From assembly GCA_964455555.1 (NCBI GenBank), contig CAYVXV010000001.1:149096-213095 (forward strand): a DNA stretch of 64,000 nucleotides. Reading direction: 5' to 3'. This document shows positions 20,401 to 30,500 of the stretch, piece after piece. The notes under the pieces were generated by a model, which did no database searches, was not told where the DNA came from, and saw only the letters and a list, made by a program, of their open reading frames with translations. This stretch comes from an uncultured Pseudomonadales bacterium. Lineage in GTDB: Bacteria; Patescibacteriota; Microgenomatia; UBA1400; PJMF01. Every line of letters begins with the position of its first letter. The stretch's first letter is position 1. The position numbers and the translations under genes are program-made.

Positions 20401-21540
20401 GGGGCTGTCAGATTTAAGGACATCTTTAAGCTCTTGGCGGAAATTGTAGCCGGTGGTAAAGCCTGAAAGTTCTTCAAGGGCAATGGTATGGTTTTTAAGC
20501 GAATCAACCAATTGAGTAGCGTGCTGAGCAAAAGCCTCGCGCTCTTCTTCTGGCAGACTGAGAGTGTAGTCTTTGTAAAAGTTCTCGAGCGCCGCCACAA
20601 ACTGGGGTGAGCGGGAAATTTTTAGGTAAAGCTCATCGAGGATTTCCAACCGGCGGCGTGGATTAGCAAAAAGCAGGCCAATTTCCGCCTTATCCTTGCT
20701 GAGCATGATTTCCATGACTTCATTGAGCAGCAGATTTTTAAGCTCGGGGTTTGCCTCCAGATAAGCATAACTAATGTCCTTGGAGACAAAAAGCTCGTGC
20801 AAAGCCCGGTTGTAAATCCATGTTGCTTCATACTGCATTTTTTCCAGATCATCTCTGGTGGCAGTAGGTTCGACCTCTTCTTCCTGAGGGGGTAGTTGGT
20901 CAGCCCCTCCGGTCTCCGGTTCCTCTGGAGTTGTTGGAGCGGCTGAAACACCAGTGGGCGCTGGTGGTTCGTTAATTTGTTCATCTAGCTCATCAACCTC
21001 ATCTTCGAGTAGGTCCTGATTGATTTCCTCGGCAGCCTCTGAAAACTCCACTATTGTTGCCCGGGCTACAGCTTGCAGTAGTTTAAGAATTTTATCTCTA
21101 TGGCTATGAGCAATAGTTTCTGATACTAATTTTTCATCATCCCGAGAACCCGCGATTTCTATCAGTAATCGCTTCTGCAGGTCGGAAGACCTGAGAAAAC
21201 TATAAGCATTCAGGCTGGCCTGAGTTTCAGCCGTACCCCTGTGTAACAAAATAGCGGCAGCATCAGAGAGCAGCAGAATAGCGTCGGTATAAAATAGGTA
21301 ATTTTTGCGGTCCTTAGGATCAATTAGGGCTTTATCAGCATCAAATAGTGAAGAGGTGTGAACCTTAAAACTGGGTAGTTGGACCGGTTGCTGATCGAGT
21401 AGTTCGCCGTTAGGTTTAAAGGCGCGGCTGAGGTCAATAACTAAATCACGGACCTTTTCAAGTTTTTCGCTTGGGTCAATAAACTTCACTTGCTGAAGCT
21501 CAGTCAAAGGGACTGATTGATTTTGCTCGTCAGGCGCCAT
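17404..21540 (-). CDS. Giant multidomain protein: helical N-terminus, glycine zipper/TM, M23 peptidase, C-terminal phosphodiester glycosidase (NAGPA/DUF2233)-like domain
   Basis: M23 motifs AIDI..PVFTPYAG..YGTHVIV..FAHL..GNSSGNHLHFE; C-terminal AINANYY..RNRVALG..FIFLDSGGSAS. Start moved to ATG 21540 (MAPDEQ) because a -10 box lies 6 nt upstream. Confidence 0.78.
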   Translation of the reverse strand: MAPDEQNQSVPLTELQQVKFIDPSEKLEKVRDLVIDLSRAFKPNGELLDQQPVQLPSFKVHTSSLFDADKALIDPKDRKNYLFYTDAILLLSDAAAILLHRGTAETQASLNAYSFLRSSDLQKRLLIEIAGSRDDEKLVSETIAHSHRDKILKLLQAVARATIVEFSEAAEEINQDLLEDEVDELDEQINEPPAPTGVSAAPTTPEEPETGGADQLPPQEEEVEPTATRDDLEKMQYEATWIYNRALHELFVSKDISYAYLEANPELKNLLLNEVMEIMLSKDKAEIGLLFANPRRRLEILDELYLKISRSPQFVAALENFYKDYTLSLPEEEREAFAQHATQLVDSLKNHTIALEELSGFTTGYNFRQELKDVLKSDSPTIVGLGTREFTQVEGRIQVALKSLLINQGAEFEFVNIDVSSQASLQSLATHPHTAAWLLQHMSDEHLLLMLGIPEEYRLTEDAIRRLRKLLIKYAQLFAVELALEAEKTSLSAGLAPLSGKEADELAAGNHQIFERRLLPSLSSASSSVQEHGAERVARAVTNSVKDQHKRHLIAWNALSPDEKTLIYEYLGHDLDKITDRNMVPTNIHLLNFAELQMRAQEAIQLQAEIDQERLFQLETAHQEAIYIENLRRFYVESFIAQTSLEERERILEQLEYESLAALHQASLMELIQANEAAVSESHGGAPVGAGGDRTYSADDVAGVPAGIPGAQRPPPGGIRGRFASARSRFTDRFSKKVDARGKALSALKKAGGDKLATKALAAAGPWGKAAALLADKKKRKWILGALAVGGAFVVQGLIKMFTAGISGLIGGLVGGIGGGIAGFLIGGPVGAVVGAGLGAAVGANAGAAIGGGGFSLPSFGGSTGTSSYPALGSSSLPPSAQTAGATTGATGTATAGGSYNVAGTAASYLSTLPVGTAAAAGTIAGSILISLITLLIIFAAFLGPLPASYKSSTFDRTLSNFEGCWPTTGVIRAYQNYDPTLCAGCGGPHAVIRGGYGSYPGDGVAIDITTWDNSASDGGANAPVFTPYAGTASFYPDGTGMRSSDGQYKYGTHVIVDTGSYIMIFAHLLDFAPGISMSNITRDLQVQAGELLGRVDSTGNSSGNHLHFETVGIDVLDILPLTAAEKSAIRADESAIYGMSVNSRDCAAAQDDDDAGVSGYVAIGPKTADNFVVSNSAEASSPKYTCDWFRNNPELDVAINANYYNTPTQPIGIGGANPPVYFANANGRDPAYMEQTMRMFTVDNSGNFRIDPVPSAWYNRTDMPFVVGGYQKAVTGVLSDHPDGGGERNRVALGYGNANGECTDFTGEAIIFASIRTGNYSDLADIMQQCGADQFIFLDSGGSASFCSNSLSMPGGRPMPVNIGLKNAFIQTVGTSN

Positions 21541-21719
21541 GCTTTGATTATAGCGCAGGGTGTGTAGAGAATGGGAGGGTGAAGCGGGTATGTAAACCGC
21601 TGCTTTTCCTTTTTTCAACGTGTATGAAATAATAGAGCTATATTTACCTGCGGAAGGTTTTAAGTGTTAGTAGTTGATGCCAGATGTAATCATCAGGCGT
21701 TTTTGATATAATTCAGACA

Positions 21720-24575
21720 ATGAGCGAAGGAACCCCCATTACCCCCAATCCTGAAAATCAAGAAGAGCGGCCAAATCAAGATGCTGAGAAAGATGCTAAT
21801 GGGTTGGAGGGTGAGACTGGTGGTGAAACTTGGGAAAGTTTTAATAAAGAAATTACAAACAACATAAAGACACTTCTTCTTAGAGTATCAAAATTGAACC
21901 AAAAGGGATCAATTGATCAAAAAGGGACTCAGCAGGCAATAAGAGATTTGCAAGAAGTTCAGGATCGATTAGAACTTGCGATAGTAGATGAGTATTTTGA
22001 TCACTACGATGAGCTCTTAAAAAAACACTCTCTTCTTCAGTTAAAAATAGACCAGCTGATCTCTAGAGTTCAAACTGCAGACACTCCATCACCACAACAA
22101 CAAGATGCAGACGAACAACCGCAGGCCAGGTTTGAAAAGCCTTCTAAAATTAACAACCTTGACTTGCTGTTGGCGGATATCCAACCAAGAATAACCGCTC
22201 TTAAAGGCAGGTTAAGCCGTGATTTTGATCTTGATAATCCCACTGATAAAACAGAACTGGATTCAATTGGCGCTGAGCTAAGCTTAGAACAGCCGAAAAT
22301 TTCTGAACTGAAGTCGGCATTGGCTTGGGCTGAAAGGCATTTGGCAGGTGTAGTCTCAAGAGATTTGCCTGGCATGACTGATGATGAAAAAACTGATTAT
22401 GAGGTTGAATTAACTACCCAAATCGAATTGGCGAGTCAGTTAGCCAAAACTTATCAAGAGCTAATTAATTTAAAGCTGCAGAAGGAGCTTCCAAAACCAG
22501 AACCAGCCCGAGCTTCTTATGACTCTGTCACAGTGGAAAGATGGAGAAAGTTTGATATATATGAACTTTTCCGCATGTGGTATACAGGCAGTATTGCAGC
22601 CGACAGCGAACCCAAGCAAGCTTATGATGTTGTTTTTGAGGAAAAACTTGATGAAATTAGGGCTGATTTCATAGCTAAGGCTTTGGAGGTAGATGCTGGC
22701 AGCGGAAAGACTGAGGAAACTATTCGAGCTGAGGCTGAAAAGAGATATCAAGACTTTAGGTCACTTTGTGAAATGATGAATGACCTGATTGATTTTGGGA
22801 TTATGTCAGCAGCGAGTTTAAACATGGGTCAGTTGACGGCTAAACACGAAACAATTTTAGCCAAAGCAGCGAGCGCTGATGCCATGAACCTAAATAGCAA
22901 ATTTAACACACATGCCTTGGTGCGTTCAGAGGGAGTTGATCAGAAAGAGCAGTACTCTGACGACATGGGTTTGGTTCAGAGGATGGTCTTTGCCATGCTG
23001 CAAGAATTAAAGAAAAAAGGGAATTATCCTAAAGATCCGGGGAATGGTCAGAGCACAGACAGCCGTTTCTCAAGAAACCAGGGATTTTCCGCCAATCTTT
23101 CTGGTGAACTATTAGATATGGTGTCAGGCTTGGATCGAATTAGGACTCACGAAGGTTATGGGGGAAATAGATTAGAAATTTTAAATATCGGGCAGGAACT
23201 TAGGTACTACCCTGAATTAGCGAAAAAACTTCTTAAGCACTTTGCTAAACAAAAAGCCACGCGCGACGACATAGGTTCTGAGGCAGGCATGTATCATCTG
23301 GGCAGAAACAAAGGTGCTTTTAAATTTGCTGATGGAGCTTCCGGAAGACCAGCGGGCTTGCTGCCAGCCATTCTTTATCAGGTTGGAAAAAATTCTGCCA
23401 GGGAGAGCCATGCCGCTATGTTGTGGTTTGTTAACCCAACTAAGGTTGATGCGCTAATGGCCTTCGGCAGACCTGGCCCCGGAGAAGATTTGGATGACCA
23501 TACAACTTGGAAAGATACAAAGATTGAACCAGGGGCTCCCCCAAGAGAAGTACCTGACCCAGAAGCAAGACAAAACAAGGAAGTTGTTAGAGTAAGAAAG
23601 TTGGTTGAAAAATATTTCTTATGGGCAAACCCACAATGGGCAGAGGCAAGAGGGTTTTTACCATACAAACCCACCGAGTGGTATGAAGACTTCCCAAACC
23701 TTTCAGAGTTCTTTAATCAGTCAGAGGCCACAGTACTTTCTCCGGATTATATTCAGTCAAGAGACGCAGTATTAAAAATTATTGAGATGGCAGCTCAGTC
23801 TCCTTTAACAAACCTAAGCACGATCACTACGCAGATGGAGGAGAAAATTCAGGTGCTTGTTAAAACCTTTAACTCTGAAATCGGCAAAGCGATGGCCTAC
23901 ATCGGACCCTATGCTTTAGATACTGAAGAAGAAGATGATACGAAGAAGAAATTTAAGAAAGTTTTGGAAGATATTCGGGAAGTTAAAAAAGAAATTGAGG
24001 ACTCTGGCAAGCCTGAAGATGATCCTGATAATCAGGCTAATAAAGAAAAGCTGAAAGAACTCCAAAAAGAAGAGAGGCGGTTGAGACCCAAATATAGGTT
24101 GCAGCAGAACCAGTATGTTCACGAACTCATCATCGCTTGCTATCAATTTTTCTTGGCAAATATCTTAATGAGTGTTCCCTCAGGTGACATACCGCTGATT
24201 AATCCGGGTGGTGTGCGCACTAGGGAATATGACACTCTCTATGTCAGAGCTGTAAAAACAATGAGAAATACTATTTCACAAAATACCACATTAACTAGAT
24301 ATTGGCCGATGATTATTGGAACAGCGGCGCCTGCAAACAGCAAGCATCCAGCCGTTGACTTCATCGGGCAACCGGAATTAAAGAGGCGGTGGAGAGAAGA
24401 CGCAAGACTTGCCAATGAGTATCTTAGGTGGGTGTTGGAAAATGAACCAGACAGAGCTGAGATGGGTGCATTTGAGCGCGCAAAATACATGAGAGAGGAG
24501 AGACCTCATTCTCCAATAAATGTCAAAGAAGGCTGGAAGTCTTCTTATCAGGATCCCACTGAGCAGAAAATGTAA
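21720..24575 (+). CDS. Large hypothetical soluble, charged helical protein
   Basis: 951-aa ORF with no signal peptide and no obvious TM; extended -10 TGATATAAT 7 nt upstream of the ATG. Confidence 0.75.
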   Translation: MSEGTPITPNPENQEERPNQDAEKDANGLEGETGGETWESFNKEITNNIKTLLLRVSKLNQKGSIDQKGTQQAIRDLQEVQDRLELAIVDEYFDHYDELLKKHSLLQLKIDQLISRVQTADTPSPQQQDADEQPQARFEKPSKINNLDLLLADIQPRITALKGRLSRDFDLDNPTDKTELDSIGAELSLEQPKISELKSALAWAERHLAGVVSRDLPGMTDDEKTDYEVELTTQIELASQLAKTYQELINLKLQKELPKPEPARASYDSVTVERWRKFDIYELFRMWYTGSIAADSEPKQAYDVVFEEKLDEIRADFIAKALEVDAGSGKTEETIRAEAEKRYQDFRSLCEMMNDLIDFGIMSAASLNMGQLTAKHETILAKAASADAMNLNSKFNTHALVRSEGVDQKEQYSDDMGLVQRMVFAMLQELKKKGNYPKDPGNGQSTDSRFSRNQGFSANLSGELLDMVSGLDRIRTHEGYGGNRLEILNIGQELRYYPELAKKLLKHFAKQKATRDDIGSEAGMYHLGRNKGAFKFADGASGRPAGLLPAILYQVGKNSARESHAAMLWFVNPTKVDALMAFGRPGPGEDLDDHTTWKDTKIEPGAPPREVPDPEARQNKEVVRVRKLVEKYFLWANPQWAEARGFLPYKPTEWYEDFPNLSEFFNQSEATVLSPDYIQSRDAVLKIIEMAAQSPLTNLSTITTQMEEKIQVLVKTFNSEIGKAMAYIGPYALDTEEEDDTKKKFKKVLEDIREVKKEIEDSGKPEDDPDNQANKEKLKELQKEERRLRPKYRLQQNQYVHELIIACYQFFLANILMSVPSGDIPLINPGGVRTREYDTLYVRAVKTMRNTISQNTTLTRYWPMIIGTAAPANSKHPAVDFIGQPELKRRWREDARLANEYLRWVLENEPDRAEMGAFERAKYMREERPHSPINVKEGWKSSYQDPTEQKM

Positions 24576-24644
24576 TGTTGCTTCAATAATTTCTGTATTT
24601 AAATTTAGCGTATTGATAAGAGGGGACAATAAAGCTTTCAAATT

Positions 24645-26405
24645 TTATTCCCGAGCTACTGGTGTTGTGAACTCACCTTTTCTTAAGCGCTCTTCTTCCC
24701 AATCAGCTTTTGCTGCCCTCTGTTCTGCTAATTGCCTCCGGGTTCTCCAATCTTCTGAGGATCGGCCTCTCTCACGCCCAAATAAGCCAGTTCGGTTTGC
24801 AATCCGCTGCAACCTAGCCTCATCTGTAAGTGCTGCTGTTCCACTATCGATTCCACTTTCTATATTTCTAAGCAATCCTGGGGAGGTGCCAATCATCGAC
24901 CCAACTCTCCCAAAAGTAGATGAACCTCTTGCAGTAGCATTTGCCATGTGTCTTCCCGTGCTATGACCGATGTTCATAAGCCTGCTTATATTCCAACGAT
25001 CACCCCTTGTCTCCACAACACCTCTTCCAAGTCCTTCGACCGCACCGGTTGCAGCACCCGCACCAGCACCCAATAATTTAGAGCTGACCGGCGCAGCTTG
25101 CCGCGCTGTCGTTGCTGCAGCCCCAGCCACCATCTCACCAAATCCTCCACTCGCCCCCAGCCTCTTCTTCACATCCTTAACAATTTCGGGCAAGGCCAGC
25201 AAAATAGCCAAGCCCATCAAGGAAGTTATCGCATCGGGCATGCCCCGGCCAACCAAGAAGGGTGGCATAAAGCCGCCATCACTGACGTTAACTTGCTGTG
25301 TAAACAGGTAGAACATTACAGCTACTACCAGAACAACAGGGAAAACTGCCAGGTTAGCAATCAGATTCCTAATCCAAGGACCGAAGGCATCTTTGCCTGG
25401 TATTGCACCGACCACCAACTGGATAGGAGCGGTCACCACCGAAATAACAATGGTGGCGTAAGATTTAAGCAGTTCAAAAAACAGCTTAAAGGCGCCGATT
25501 AGCACCGCTATGGCGATTACCAAACCTACAGTGATGCCGGCTGCCCAGCCAAAGGTGTCGCCGATAAGGCTGTTGTTAGTGCCTAGGATGGAGTTGATCA
25601 TTTTCTCAACAATATTACTGCCGGCCGAGAACCCCTCAACAGCCCCTGACTTCATAAAGACCCACGAAAGCTCAAAAATATTGTAATTGATGATGTCAGG
25701 ATTATCTCTGAAGACAACTCCAAACAAACCAATAATCAGGTACATTGATAAATACATTAGGTCGATCATGAAACCAGCTATAGCGTAGGAAAAAGTCACA
25801 AACAACAAGCTGACAATAATACTGGGAATTGCCTGCTGAGCAGTGATTGCCTGTTGATTGACCTTTTTTCTGAACATGATCAGGAAGCCGATGACAATAA
25901 AAATCACCACAAAGAACATGTAGGCAATATTCCTGAAAGTTTTCCAGAGTTCTAGAATGGGGTTAAGGGCTACAAAACCGAGGCCTTGGGCGTATGCCGG
26001 CTGGGCAATGCCAATCCCGGCAGAATTCAAAACATCTGCCACGTAAACATGAGTGTTGGCCGGAGGAGTAGCGTACATCTGGCCGATTAGGTAGGCTAAT
26101 CCCGGTACGATGCCCTGACGCTGGGCAACTGCGGGACTGCCATCTGGATTTTCATTAATCGTGCCGCCGGAAGACAAGCCATTAATCGGGACAATGTTTT
26201 GAGTTAGCTGAATAGCGGTGTAATTGAGTGTGTAATAAATTAAACACTCCAGGGAAGGATCTTCACAATTTTCGGTTGCCGAGAGGTATTCGTTGATTAA
26301 TTCTTGGTCTCTGGCTGCAGTGTTGTCTTGTGCCTGAGCAGTATTCGAAAGCACGCCAAATAGAATTACCACCACTGCTAATATACTCAGGGCACGTTTC
26401 GCCAT
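24645..26405 (-). CDS. VirB6/TrbL-like polytopic membrane protein
   Basis: Signal peptide, LWKTFRNIAY, LVTFSYAIAGFMIDL-like motif, several TMs, Gly/Ala-rich basic C-tail; lies in the T4SS locus. Confidence 0.72.
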   Translation of the reverse strand: MAKRALSILAVVVILFGVLSNTAQAQDNTAARDQELINEYLSATENCEDPSLECLIYYTLNYTAIQLTQNIVPINGLSSGGTINENPDGSPAVAQRQGIVPGLAYLIGQMYATPPANTHVYVADVLNSAGIGIAQPAYAQGLGFVALNPILELWKTFRNIAYMFFVVIFIVIGFLIMFRKKVNQQAITAQQAIPSIIVSLLFVTFSYAIAGFMIDLMYLSMYLIIGLFGVVFRDNPDIINYNIFELSWVFMKSGAVEGFSAGSNIVEKMINSILGTNNSLIGDTFGWAAGITVGLVIAIAVLIGAFKLFFELLKSYATIVISVVTAPIQLVVGAIPGKDAFGPWIRNLIANLAVFPVVLVVAVMFYLFTQQVNVSDGGFMPPFLVGRGMPDAITSLMGLAILLALPEIVKDVKKRLGASGGFGEMVAGAAATTARQAAPVSSKLLGAGAGAATGAVEGLGRGVVETRGDRWNISRLMNIGHSTGRHMANATARGSSTFGRVGSMIGTSPGLLRNIESGIDSGTAALTDEARLQRIANRTGLFGRERGRSSEDWRTRRQLAEQRAAKADWEEERLRKGEFTTPVARE

Positions 26406-26508
26406 GCGCTCATTATAACAAGAACTCCAAGTTGAGCATAGGGGTTAGGTTGTGTTTTCCGCCCGGCCAAAACTCCACATATCCGATATACTGTGATATA
26501 CTTTCATC

Positions 26509-27468
26509 ATGATAAATCAAGATATTGTCAGACAACTCCAATCTTTGCTCGAAAATGCCCGCACTATCTTTATTATGTATGGCAGCGACCCTAGCCTCGA
26601 CCAATTGGCGGTTGGCACAGCACTGCATCAGGCTATTTTGTCCTCCGGCAAAGATGCTCAGTTGTTTTCCCCTCAAAAACCAAGCGATGACTTTAGGCTT
26701 GCCGGAGCTGAGGCAACCAAAACCGAGGTCGGCAACCAAAATCTCACTGTCAGCTTTAATTATTCAGAGGAAGCCGTTGATAAAGTCAGCTACCACATTG
26801 GTGAAGAAACCAATAAATTCTATCTGACCATCAAACCCAAGAAGGGCTCTGAGCCGCTTAGTGCAGATGACGTCGAGTTCAGCTACACGGGAGCAGACAC
26901 TGACCTGATTTTTGTTATTGGAGTTGATCAGTTGGAAAACCTTGAGCAGCTTTATTTTGGCTACGAAAACTTATTTAGAGATGTTCCGGTTGTTAGCCTT
27001 AACACCTTTGCTACAGGTTTTGGTACGGTTAAAATTAACACCGGCAGTGCCGGCAGCATGAGTGAGATAGTTGCTAAGCTGCTTTTTGATCTTGGCTTCA
27101 CCCTGGATGACCGCAGCGCCACCAACTTGCTCATGGGCATCGATTGGGCAACTGATTCATTCCAATCTTTCACTTCAACCGCTGAAACCTTTGAGATGGT
27201 TGGAGCATTGATGCGCTCAGGTGCCAGAAGAATCAAACGCCGCGGCCAACTGGATCAAGCTTCAGTATTTCAAGACAGCTTGAGGCAACAATCTAAACCC
27301 CGGTTGGAACAGGCTCCAACCCAGCAGAAACCCAGGGAAATAACTGTTTCAGAAAGAAAACAAAGCCAGGACACCAAAGGAGACGGCCTTTCCAAAAGAA
27401 GGAAAGTTGATGCCACTAAACCAGGTGGTTTAAAACATCAGCCAGGCAAAGACGTTAGCTCAAAATAA
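26509..27468 (+). CDS. Degenerate DHH-family (NrnA-like) protein
   Basis: DHH fold landmarks (DLIFVIG, SMSEIV, ATNLLMGI..ATDSFQ..TSTAETFEMVGALMRSGA), but the DxD and DHH metal ligands are missing. Confidence 0.72.
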   Translation: MINQDIVRQLQSLLENARTIFIMYGSDPSLDQLAVGTALHQAILSSGKDAQLFSPQKPSDDFRLAGAEATKTEVGNQNLTVSFNYSEEAVDKVSYHIGEETNKFYLTIKPKKGSEPLSADDVEFSYTGADTDLIFVIGVDQLENLEQLYFGYENLFRDVPVVSLNTFATGFGTVKINTGSAGSMSEIVAKLLFDLGFTLDDRSATNLLMGIDWATDSFQSFTSTAETFEMVGALMRSGARRIKRRGQLDQASVFQDSLRQQSKPRLEQAPTQQKPREITVSERKQSQDTKGDGLSKRRKVDATKPGGLKHQPGKDVSSK

Positions 27469-27525
27469 CTATTTCCTGTTTGTTTGGAAACTTATTCGAC
27501 GGTTTCAAAACTTAAGTCAAGTAGC

Positions 27526-30500
27526 CTAGGGCACCAGGCCGCAGTAAGAGGCTGCAGACCAGGCGTTCCAGTTGCCCCATCTCGTTCTGATTTCAATCAT
27601 TTTTTCAATATTCTTTAATGGGTCGAGCATGGCTGTTTCGCAGGAGTTGAGCAAAGCTTGGTCAGCAACTTGGCATGGTAGGTTCCAGGCGTTATAACCT
27701 GGTGTTCCGCTCACTCGGCCGCTGGCATCAGCAAGCGCCCCCGGACAATGTGCCATAAGGTTAATCTGGAAAAGGCCAATACTGTAGTCAACCGACTGGC
27801 TTGTTAGGCAGCGCTTGTTGACGGCGTCGCTGCCGCCACGGCTTTCTTTATTGCAGATGCGTGAGGCAATCTCAGCTTCTGCTTGAGGGTTGGAGAATCC
27901 AGCTTGCTCAAAGAAGGGAAGTAGTGTTTCAACACTGCAGGGCCCGGTCGGAATAATGTTGCAGCTGCCGTCTCCTGCGCCGGCACCGCTGCCACTGATT
28001 GAGCCAACTACTTCATTAGTGATTCCGCCGGCACATTTTCCAAGCAGGAACTCCTCAGTAGTCGAGCAGGAACTTAGATAGGCATGAGCTTGGCCGTAAT
28101 ATGTGTTGAGGCCCCGCTGCACGTTCCTGAGCCAATATCCCAGGCTTGCGCCCAGAAAACTGATCCCGCCTCTGCCTTCTTCTGTTGTGCCAATCCTGAA
28201 GTTTTTGGAGCAGTCATATTCCACCACCTCAATGGGCGGGTCGAGCGGAACCGGCTCGCCGCCGATAATTTCATAGTATTTTAGGTATCGGTTTTCTTCG
28301 CAGTTACCGCTAGTCGGGTCTTCCTGATAAGTATGGCTGGCACTGCCGCCGCCAAAATTTGCCTGGAAACCACTGCCGTCAAAGCGGTTTTTAGTGTCTC
28401 TCTCTTCTAGCTTGGCAACCTGCTGTTGGTTGAAGAAGGTGTGTTTCATCACTTCAGTCACTGATTCAAGTTCATAGCCAACCGGGTACACCAGGAAAAA
28501 GTCTACTTTAGCGGTTTGGCCGGCCGCGTTGCTCCATTTGCCCCTGACGACATCAAAGATAGTCTTAAGAGGGTTGTTTACAGTAGTTGCTCTTTGCGGG
28601 TTTTGGTTTCCTAAGAAAATATAATTAAAAACATCGGTACCAAAACCGTATCCCTCCCTATACACCCTTGATGAATCATCTGTGCTTGGGGGAATTATGT
28701 TGGCTGCTTCAAATATTTCCCTAACCGGTTCGCTTCCAAGGTTGTCACAACTGGGGGTGTTGCCATTTATCAAGTCTACAACTGACTTGCCCAGGACATC
28801 CTTGCAGGCTGCAGCACCATTCAAGCCGGCTAATTCTGCCGGGGTATTGCCGTCGCCTGCTAGACAATAAATTGTGCTCCCTGATCCTTGGGTTGAAGCT
28901 CCGGTGGCCTGTTGGCCGATAATAGTCCTCCTGTCCCTGGACTGCTTGTCAAAACCCGGGTTTTCCTCGTCTTCAGAAAGCTTGAATTTTTGCGGAACCA
29001 GAATATTTCTGGTCTGGCTGACTGCGTCAGTGAAGAAAAAATGGCCACTTTCTTCTCCGCCGCCTTTGTTCGTCAGTATATCAGGGATTTTAAAGGCAAC
29101 AATCAAAACTTCATGCTTTGGTTGGGCAGACTGGGAAAAAGAGAAGAAGCTAAAAGCATCGGCAACTGATCTTTGTTCGATTGAGGCAACCATAAAAGCC
29201 AGCCGATAGGAGCGGTTGATGTAGAGAGGAGTGTTTAAAATGCCTTTTTTCAGCTTGTCGTATTGAGGGGACGTATTGCCAAAAAGCCGCTGGCAGCCGG
29301 CCGTTTCTCCGCCGCTGTAGTAATCCGGCATGAAGTCGCTGATGTCATCAAGCAAAGTGTCAACAATATAGTCCGTATTGGGGATTGCCTCAGCTCTGGG
29401 AGCGCATCTGTCCCACGCTCCAAGCCGCTCACACATTTTTTGGGTGTTGGTTAGGATGCGAACAGACTGGATGCAGCGTTGTTCTGCTGCCATGAGCGAA
29501 TTAATTGGCGCAGTATTTACTTCCTGCTCAGGATAGCTTGAGGCATAGTAGTCCTCGAAGCCAAAATACTCTTCAAGGGATGAGGTCAGAAACCTTCTGC
29601 CCTCTGTATCCCGGAAGATAGGCACCCTGCCGCTTGAGGAATCAATGGTGTAATTTGATTCTGTTTCCAGCCGGATTCCCTCATAAAGCTCTAAAAAGCG
29701 GTTTATCAGGCCTTCTGTTTCAATATTAAGTTTGATGTTGGTGGGCTCGGCAGCGCAGTGGGCTTCATATCCTTGAGCTGCTAAATCCCCCCTGGTGGTG
29801 CTTACGCTTTGCTGGTCCGGCCGGCTTAGCGGATGAATGCCCCTGATGGGGTGGAGCAGATAGTATGCCGGGTCCACTAAATATTCAGGATACTTGCTCA
29901 GGTCATAGCCGAACACTCCTGATCCGCCGGCTGATAGGGCGCTGCCTCCTGGGGGCGCCTCGCCGATATAGAAAGGTTTGCCCAACTCCTGACTTTGAGA
30001 TAATGCCAGCATGGCGCTTTGTTTTTCTGATTCAGTGTAATAGTGAGCAGAGGTTACTGTAATAGCACCGATGCTGTTTGTATTTTTAAAATCTCCGGGC
30101 CCAGTGCTGTCGCAGCGGGTGGTGTCTTGACTAGCCATCTGGCCATAGCCGACATTTGAAGTTACGCCCCTTAGTTGGCTGCCGATCACTTGCCCCCAGG
30201 TTTTGTAGGCCGGCATAGCTGCAGCATTGCCTCCGCAGTGCGGTTCATTGGCCAGCTCGTAGCCCCAAAGAGCCGGATGAGACCCCAGCGCCCTGACCTG
30301 GCTGACTAAAGCTTGGTACTCTCCCTGATAACCGCTTTCATACCATTCTATTCCTGCTCCCTGAGGTATACCGCCGCCGCCATTGCTGTAATCACCGATG
30401 GCGATGATCATTTTTACACCAGCTTGCTGGGCTGCATTGAGAGCATTTTGAACACCGGCCGCTCCCTCAATCTTGGCAAAAGCTCGGACAACAGAGACAC

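Noticed and set aside
24520-25502. Several plus-strand ORFs of 113-148 aa
   Set aside because: Antisense shadows of the VirB6-like gene.
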